From Candidatus Omnitrophota bacterium (GTDB lineage Bacteria; Omnitrophota; Gorgyraeia; Gorgyraeales; Gorgyraeaceae): DNA of 58,531 nucleotides. The position numbers and the translations under genes are program-made. Of this stretch, positions 47,393 to 56,600 are shown one piece after another. The notes under the pieces are model-generated. The model was not told the DNA's origin. It searched no databases and was given only the letters and a program-made list of their open reading frames with translations. The first letter of the stretch is position 1; every line of letters begins with the position of its first letter. The DNA lies in assembly GCA_043814965.1 (NCBI GenBank), contig JBDRJN010000002.1, forward strand, positions 105,984 to 164,514. Direction: 5' to 3'.

Positions 47393-47538
47393 AAAGGATA
47401 TTTATCTGAGACATTGCCTCTAATATTGAATAAACCTTTTCCCATGACGAAGGACAATTTAGAGGCGTGTCCAGATAATCCGTAAATCGCAGTACTAGTC
47501 AAGGCACACTTTTTAGTGTGCCGAAAAAATCTAAACCT

Positions 47539-47640
47539 ATGGAAAGCTGTAAAAGAGGGCCAAATAGAATATTCATTAAGATAATAGCACTAATATTGGT
47601 CCATTCATTTTTCCTGACATCCACCTGCTATCCTCTTCCC
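47539..47640 (+). other. giant ORF: signal-anchor-like N terminus
   Basis: MESCKRGPNR followed by IFIKIIALILVHSFFLTSTCYP. Confidence 0.55.
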
Positions 47641-50600
47641 TCTGTAAGCGAATTATTTAAATATAAAAGGCCTGTATATAGCTTTAATAATAGAAACCAT
47701 AGGGTAAATATCTCTTCTTTCAATGATATGCCTTATATATATAACCCAGATATAAAAGATAATATAAATGATCTAAGGGCTATTGTGAGTTTTTGTAAAT
47801 CAAAATTTAAAGAAGATTTTAATGAGCTGGTAAGAAAGGGAGAAAAAGAAGGCTGGCTCAACAAAGACCTTTTAAGCGAGATGGATGTATATGGGTTCAC
47901 TGATAATTTTGTAGCAATAGAAGTAGCGCTCGGGTTATTAGTAGGCCTGGAAAAAGGGATAACCCCTGATGAAGAAAACATAAGGAAGATGTTCAAAAAG
48001 AAATTTAGAAAAGCTATAAGAGACGGCGAAAGTATAAATATTAAAAATATCGGGGAAGGCTGGTATGTTTCCTACGGCAGTACAACCCTTTTTGTTAAAG
48101 CCGGGGCAATAAGTAGAGTCGATTCTATCCCTTCCAAAGACATAATCTCATCTTTTAGTATAGCTTCCAATGAGACAAGAACCAGGCCTGATCAGTTAGT
48201 GGTAAGCGCAAGACCATCACAAGCAGGCCAAGAGATAGATCTCTCTGGAATAATACAACGTACAGGCCAAAATGCCTTTAAGGATATTCTGATCAAGGCG
48301 CTATCGCCTTATTTAAACTACTCTGAAGATTATGATGAGAGGTTTTTTACTGAAGCAATAAAAAAATTAACATCATACAGGTCTTTTTCAAAGCTATATT
48401 CCGGCATAGGGGATCAAGGCGGGCAATTGATAGATATCGCTTTGCCCGGCCTTATGAGAGAGAAGATAAAAAATGACAACATAGTTTTGACAGTAAAGAG
48501 CATAGGGGTCGGAGGCGAGGGGCACGCGCTCTATGAGACAGCGAATAAGATAATAGATTACCTCAAAAAAAATGATCTTTATTCATCAGCAGAACAGGGA
48601 AAGATAAAGATCAGGCTTATAGGGTATGATATAAACTTAGCAAATCTTTCCGAAGTATCCGGAAAGATTGATAGACAATTTGAAGGCCTTGATCCTGTAT
48701 GGAGAAATTGCATAGAAAAGGAGTTTATTTACGCTGATCTAACAGATGAGAATGCCTATAAGGTATTATTTGAGGAAAAGGCTGATCTCTTGTTCTGCAG
48801 GTCCACGTGGGTAGCTTCTACCAGCAGATGGACCAAGGATAGGGCTGAAAACATAAGGGACTTATTGGAATCCAATGTAAATGATCTTGGGGTTTCATAT
48901 ATCAGCGGTTTGGGAGGCGCAGGATACGCATATCTTGATAGAGGCCGTATTATAGCGCCTAAATATACAAAGATAGATAAATTAGAGGATTCAACTTTTA
49001 TAAATGAATTTGAATTTAAGGGAGAGGCAATAGTTGAAAAAGAAGTAGAAATAAAAAGCCCTCAAAAACAGGCAGGCGTTTCGTTCGTTGATTATATAAA
49101 AACAAATAATTATACAAGTATTATAGATATTGGCACTGGCAAAAATGCTGGGTTCTTGTATAAGTTAAGAACCAGTGGATTGTCAGGAGTAGAATTATAT
49201 GGTATTGCACCTGGAATGGATACCGAAACTATAGAGACTGCTAAAAATATTAATATAGTTTTAAACGATTTAAGCTATGAAAAATTAGGAAAATTAAATA
49301 AAAAATTTGATGTAATAACTATTAATGCCCCGGATTATCAATATGACATAGATAATTTTTTAAATATTTTGAAAAGTTGCCTTTCCCCTAATGGTATTAT
49401 TATCCTTAGGGCAGATGATTTTAAAAGAGATATTAGCGAAAAGAAGAATGTTACTGAGAACTTATTCAAGAATACAATAAAACTACACCACTCTGATTTA
49501 AAAATAGTGGATGTTAATCTAGACATGAAAGAGTTGACCACTGATTTTCCATTAAGAGACCCTATAGTAATAAAACTTGCGCTGTCTCTGATCGATCAAG
49601 CTTATGATACTGCAATGGAAAAAGGCAATCTTGAAGAGGCGCTTAATTTAGCAGTAAAAGCCCTGTCATCAGAAGAAGATATAAATATTAAAACAGCCTC
49701 TGAACTTTTGGGAGGCTTGATGGATGGCCTCCAGGGAGAAAAAAGGGATATATCCGAATCTTTACTAGAAATAGTCAAAACCTACGGAGGTGATAATGTT
49801 AGGAGAAAGAAAGAAGTAGAAAGGTATTTGCAAAAGCAGGAAGACATAAAGAAAACCCTAAAGCCTATACGCGACATGCTGGGTGATGTAAAATTTCTAA
49901 AGATATACATCGCATTAAGGAGCATGGAACATGCTGGCACAGTATATGATATAAAAGGCCTTCTTGGTACAGGTATACGTAATTCCGTAGAAACCTCTAG
50001 AGTCGGGAAAAAACTTAATGCTGAAATAATGAAAGGCCTTATGGCGATCATGGCCGAGGCTGACAGGATAGTAAAAGCTAATAGTGACTTAAATAATGAA
50101 GAAGCTATTCCTATAGATCTTAATAAAGAGCTAGAAGAAGGCATAGAAGAAAAATGGCTGAATAGCCTGGAATCTATCTTAAAAAGAGTAAAAGACTTAT
50201 ATGCGCAATGTGAAGAATTAGAGAAAAAATGCAGCCCCAATAGCATAGAATTAGAGTCAATACAGGATGTCGGAAAGCCTATCAATGAAATCATAGAGAT
50301 CCTTGAGGAAAGGTTGGCGTGGATACAAGGGGAAGGGGATCTTAAAAAAGAGCTTCTCGATCTTAATGCAGTGATTAGCAATATTGTAGCTAAAATTAAG
50401 CAAGGGTTTAAAAATCCGGAACTAGAGGTATCTCTTGATTTATCTACTATACCTGTGACTGAAGCCAATAAGAGGATGATAGAGTGCCTTATAAGTAATA
50501 TCTTAACAAATAATGACCAGTTAAGTAAAACCATGGATATTACACATATTGGCATCAGGACCAGGTTATCGGATGACGGGAAGAATATCATTCTTCAAGT

Positions 50601-53600
50601 TTCTGACAATGGCCTGGGTTTTCCTGAAGAAGGCCTTGAACAGTCTTCCAAAAAGGCATTTTTTACTCAAAGAAAAGGCGGCACAGGCCTTGGCCTGACC
50701 GAGAATGAGCTGTATGCGCGTGAACATAATGGCACGATCCAGATAGGCCGCGGCATACTGGATTTCATGACCAAAGACCCTGCAAATAATGGCACCACAT
50801 TTACCATAACATTGCCTATAGAAGGCAAACAGCAGCCAGCCCAAACGCCGCAGCCAGTTCCAGAAGAGATAAATCAACAGAATGTTGATAATGATAAATC
50901 TACCCAAGCTCAAAAGACAATCTTATTAGTAGATGATAAAGAGTCACATTTAATCAGCTATAAATATGAATTAGAACAATCAGGCTACAAAGTCGTTACT
51001 GCTATTTCTGCTAAAAATGCTTTAGATATTTCTAAAACACAAAATTTTGACATGGTAGTTACGGATCTTAATCTGGGTGGGCCAGATGGATTGTCTTTGG
51101 CTAGTGATCTTAAGAGCGAAGGATTCAACGGGCCTATATTAGTACAGACACCAGCTGATGTAGGTCATCTTAATAAAAATCTTGCCAAACGAAAAGATCA
51201 AGCTATTGAAAATGGAAACATAGTAGATTTTATTGAAAAACCAGCTTCTATTTTTACTGGAATCCAGGAAGCCAGCAGTTTGTCAGCGATCATTGAGAGA
51301 TATACAAAAGCAGATGCTGAAAGAGAAATAATGCAGCCGGACATTACTCTTGCCGCAGCCGATGAGGCTAACAAGAGAATCACTCAATCGGATGTGCATA
51401 ATGCCATAGAAGAAAATCTTCCTGAGGACCTAAAAGATTTTCAGAATATGACATCCGAAGAGCAGAAGAAAATAAAGGAAAAGTATAGGGACTCGGATGG
51501 CCAGATAGTCATACCTATAGAAGAGCTTCTTTTAAATACAGGCCTATTAGGCCATATTGGCCTGGGCCAGTTCTATGGGGAGCCAGTCATATATATAGAT
51601 GCTCAGTTTAAAGGCAGGGATAGAAGAGATATCAAAAAACACGAAAAATTTGAAATATTTAAGTGGGAGAATGGAAGAAAACAGTTGGGTCTCGACCACG
51701 ATCAGATGAGGAAATGGATAGTGCAAAACTCTAACACAGACGGTAATGGAAAGGCGCAATTACTTGCATCACAATGGCACAATCAAGCCCCATCAGTAAA
51801 CCATATATACAATAGGCTTGCGAAGCAGCCTCAATATCAGAAAAGCATAAGTAGTGTTCCCAAATCAGAAAGCGGATATATCGAAGACACCTATACCACA
51901 GGATCTGTCTATCAAGATAATCATGAAAGCCAGGGTAAAAATGTATCTGCCAAAGAAGAAGATATAAAGAGATATTGCAAAAAATACCCTGCAATGGAAA
52001 AAATGTTTAAGCAGGCTTTTATAGAGAAGAATATTGATATTCTTGCTAAGGCAGAGAGTAGGGAATTTTCTGTTGGCGATGCATCAGACTTATTTGGCGA
52101 TAGATATGACAATAGCTTGCCAGACTTGATTAGCCAGGGTTATACCATTGATTTCATTGATAAGCATCTTTCTGACATTATAGATATCGTTATAAATTCC
52201 GAAACCAATGGTATTGAAGAAATGAAGAATTTTAGTTATCTGATAGATCATTTTGCTGAAAGCTGGATAAGTAGCCACTGGGACGGCATAGTAAAGCTGA
52301 TAAGAAATGGCAATAATTATGTAGGCAACAGGCTCGCGCGCTTAATTGGAGAATATGGCTTAACCACCTTTACCCGCAGCTGGTTAGATGATAACTGGGA
52401 TGCGATAGTAGCTATAGGCACTGACATAGAAGACGAATTGGTATTTCTTAAAGGCGCTTGCGGTATCCCATGGCTAAATGCTAATCTTCCAATACTTGCC
52501 TCAGGCAATGCTTCCGAGATAAAAGCAATAAAGGATAAAATTATAAATGGAAAAGCAGGCGTCACGCTTTCTGATACCAAACAATCAGGCGTACTCAGTA
52601 TTATAGATGATATTGTAAATAAAAGAAAGATCGCTCCTATAGAAGCAGGGCAAACCAGAGAGCAAAAAACCATCAATGATGTAGTCAATATCGTAAGGTC
52701 ATTAAGGCCTGCCATACCTAAAAATGGGTCTATCAGCGCAATGCAATATGAAGGATATATAAAGGCCCTTACAAAGGATTTGGGAATAGGCTATGCGTTG
52801 AAACGAGAAGGGGCAATAGGTGTTATAAAGAACTTATATAGGGAAATAAAAACAGGGGAAAGGGCCAGGCCAGATTTATTATTGTGGGAAGAATATCTTT
52901 TTAGGCCTTTCTTTAGCCAACAGCCGCGTGTAAAATATAAAGATTTCAACAGAAACCTTGAGGTAATAATGCCTGGAAAAACCGTTTTTATAACTCCTTT
53001 TTTAAGCGCTATAGCTATTATGATAGGTTCGGGTTCAGTCTTTGGCCCATTGATCGGCCCTCTGGTAGCTTTACCTATAACTTTTATGTATATGTTAACC
53101 GCGATAAAAGGATTAGCAACAAGTTTTACTAATGAGAATAGCTCTATGCGTCATGAACTTAACCATGCATATGTAAGTTGTATAATGAAAAAATTGTCAC
53201 AAGAAGGATTACTGGCTGATCTTAAAGATGGAGATAAAAAACTTGGGCCTGATGACGGATTTAGCAATCTCCCTGTAAATTATCCTATAACAAATGAAAA
53301 CCTTGAGCAAATAGAAAATCATGTCGTAAGACAACTCTATGACCTTCCTACACCAATAACGACACCTGATGTTGTTCTCGCTGCTGGCATCCAGAAAAGA
53401 CCTGACAGCCAAGGTTTTACAGGTGAGGTATATAAAAAGCTTATAGATCATATACCCAGCGGTTATTTTGATTATAATGAAAAAGGATTAGGCGTACTTT
53501 TAAAGTCGCTAGGAAGGACCGCAGAACCTACAGAGTCAGCTGCAGCCAATAGAGTATATAAAAGCATGCTTAATAATATTGAAAAAGGCATATCCAAAGC

Positions 53601-56600
53601 TGAAGAACTGGATGACAAAACAGTTTTAAATCAGCTTAATAAAAAATATAAAAAATTCCTTAATTCAGAAGGCCTGGAAAAGATAGAAGATATTACAAGA
53701 AATGCCAGGTCTAGAGAAGGATTCTATGAGCTCTTAAACACTTCGCTGACATCTATGAGTACTTCTTTGGAATTAGACCCAGAAGAACTCACCCAAAGCG
53801 GAAAGGCCGAAGAGTATTACAGGAATATACAGGAAAACGCATATAGATTCAGGGTATTATCAAGGGCTTATGACATCTTAAGCTTGAAAGGCCCATTTGA
53901 GCTAACAACCGATAGCGGGAAGATATATTATACGCTGGATGAGACTACAGATAAGGAAGAGATGTTAGGTATAGTGGAAAACTTATCTGACCCAGAAGGA
54001 GAGTTGGATGATCATGGTTTTAGGTCTGGCTGGAGAGGAGATATAAAATATACTAAAAACGCAGCCATGGTAATAGCAAAGTCATCTGATGGTAAGAGCA
54101 TAGGCGTCGCGCTTTATCATAAAGATGATTTTATGTTCATGCAGGACAGGGCTAAAAAAGGAGATTATACAAGTTCTGTGTATATGGTAGATTTTGGATA
54201 TGTATTAAAGGATTTCAGGAAAAATGGTCTTGTGTCAAACGACCTAAAGACAAAGATATATGAACGAGCTTTACTGGACAGCGGTATAGGCGCAAGGAGC
54301 GACAGCAGGATCATGCTTATAAAACCAGCTAATAAAGATATGTATGATGGTTGGAAGAAGAATAATTATACAGTTGAAACGTTCTATAGCAGGGACCTGT
54401 CACCGGAAGACCAGTGGCAGCAGAGTTATCGTGTGATTTATAGGGGCGTTGGAGAGTCGAATCTAACACAGGCTAAAAATAGGGTAGTAATTTCAGGTAC
54501 AAAAAGAGAGAGGCCTTCAGTAGCTACTTTTGCCAACTTATCCATGGGGGAATTGACAATCCTCTCTTCTGAAAAGAATGAAGATAGAGCAAATTTCACG
54601 AAAAGCATTGTAAATTGGTTAAATAATGGCAAGCCTAAGCATTTTTCCAGTAGAGTTTGGTATGCTTCTGTAGCTGGTGCGATAGGAGAAAATTATATAG
54701 TTAGATTAGGAAGTGTCGATAACCCCTTAGCGCTTGCTCATGTAACAAAAAGAACTGGAATATTATCAGGCTTTGGAAAAAAAGATTTTTATGAGATAAG
54801 CCTTGTGGAAGTTTCTGAAGAATTTAGGGGCCAGGGGATCTTAGGCCGTATAGTTGACAAAGTAGTTAATGAAATCGCTAAAGGCGAGCTGGTTGTAGCT
54901 TACCCGGATAATGATGATGCCAGGCATGCCTTTGAAAAGATCCCAGGAGGCTTCCCAGTAACCTGGCAAGAGAGCCCTTACAGGGATGAAGAAGGTAATC
55001 TATGGGCTGATGTAGAATGTTTTGCATTCCAAAACCAAGGCCTTGCAGGCGATATTACAGTAACCCAAATCCCTGCCAACTTCTCCATGCAGCCGAAGAA
55101 TACGGATCATTCTTTTAGTAAAGACGGAAGCGTAGATAATACAAAGTTTACAGTAAATGGCAAAACTTACACTATAGATTCTACCCTGGATCCAAAGGAT
55201 ATAGGCGTCCAGATAGGCGAAGACATACCTATCATAACCCAGAAAGGCGTGAATATCACCTTTACTATAAGGGGCCCGACCAATAAACAAGCTGTAGTGG
55301 AAGTACTTACCCCACAGCTTCTTGCTAATGCAATAGCGCGTTCAAAAAAGATGTATCCAGAAGGCAATCCAGCCAACCAAATAATAACCATAGTCCTTGC
55401 AGATCAATATGACTATATCGCAGGAGATGATGTCCAAAACGGCATAATTATCTTCAATGCTTCTGTAATAGAAGACATGATAAATAACGGCGAAAACAAT
55501 GCCTTTATTGATGAATTCCTGACAGCAGTCTTAGAGGAAGAAGATTCTCATGAATGCGGCGCACCGAGAGATATGGAAACAGAGATGTTCCTTGATGGAA
55601 GAGGCGCAGACCTTACTATGCAGAATCTAAACGACAAAAAACTATCCCTAAAGGGTTATATTAATTTTGTCTCTAGATACGCTTCGGATGCTAAAAACAA
55701 TAATTATCTGGCACAATTAAAAAATGACTCTGATATTACATTAGATCTTACCCTGGAAGAAATCACAAGGATGCGCCAGATACATAGTGACCATCAAATA
55801 AGGGTGTACGACAAGCTTATGGACGGCTTGGAAATAAATCTTGGCGGACTGGAAGCAGACCTTTATATGTCTGGTAGCAGAAATATCAGGCAATATAATC
55901 TTTCGTTATTAAGGCCTACCCAGGGTTATTTATATCAGACCAAGCTTGATATCCAGTCTATAAAAACCAAGATACGCAATAAATACGGCCTTTTTATGAC
56001 GCCTGTAGTCATTCTTGATTTTGGAAAAGACGGGAAGTTTATCGCTGATGGCCATCACCGTTATCAGGAGGCCTTAGCTACTGGCGAGACTTCCATAGAA
56101 GCATATACCATATCATTTGATTGGAACGATTATGATATATGGCCGCAAAAGATGAAGGACTTTTATGATGATTGCAAGTTACGAGCTGAGTCTGTAGAAA
56201 ATAATGGGTTTAATGTAATGCCGAATTCAACAACATGGGATTTTCTGTTCTACAATATGATGTACCATATACCTGTAATAATAGACACATTGATAAGCGA
56301 TGTGCATTTATTGGATGAATATTCTGCTGAAAAATTCCTGGATGCTGCTTATCATGCATTGTCAGGAAAAGACTCTCTTTGGATAGAATATGACCTAGCA
56401 AGGGCTATTGCAGAGCTTAAGCTGACTGATCGCAAAGAAGAGATAGTTATTTCTAAGGAATCATTTGATAGGGCAGTTACAGAGCTAAATTTAGAAGAAA
56501 GCAATGGCACAATAACATTAAAATCAGGGGTTATCTTTAAACGTGGAGAGATAGAAACGCCTAGTGTTAATGCCAATAGCACTATTCAGGGAGCTGAAGA

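Noticed and set aside
47444-47485. 13-codon uORF (MTKDNLEACPDNP) in the giant-gene leader
   Set aside because: It has no SD and no obvious leader-peptide logic. It is noted only as a possibility.
47518-47520. GTG 47518 as an alternative start of the giant ORF
   Set aside because: It is in frame and possible, but it lies within the 3' arm of the ggcacac/gtgtgcc hairpin and adds only 7 residues. ATG 47539 is retained, though neither start has a clear SD.
49924-49935. SMEHAG as the histidine-kinase H-box of the giant protein
   Set aside because: It lies 188 residues before the N-box, against the usual distance of about 110, and lacks the H-E-x-x-T/N-P context. I cannot support it as a phosphoacceptor.
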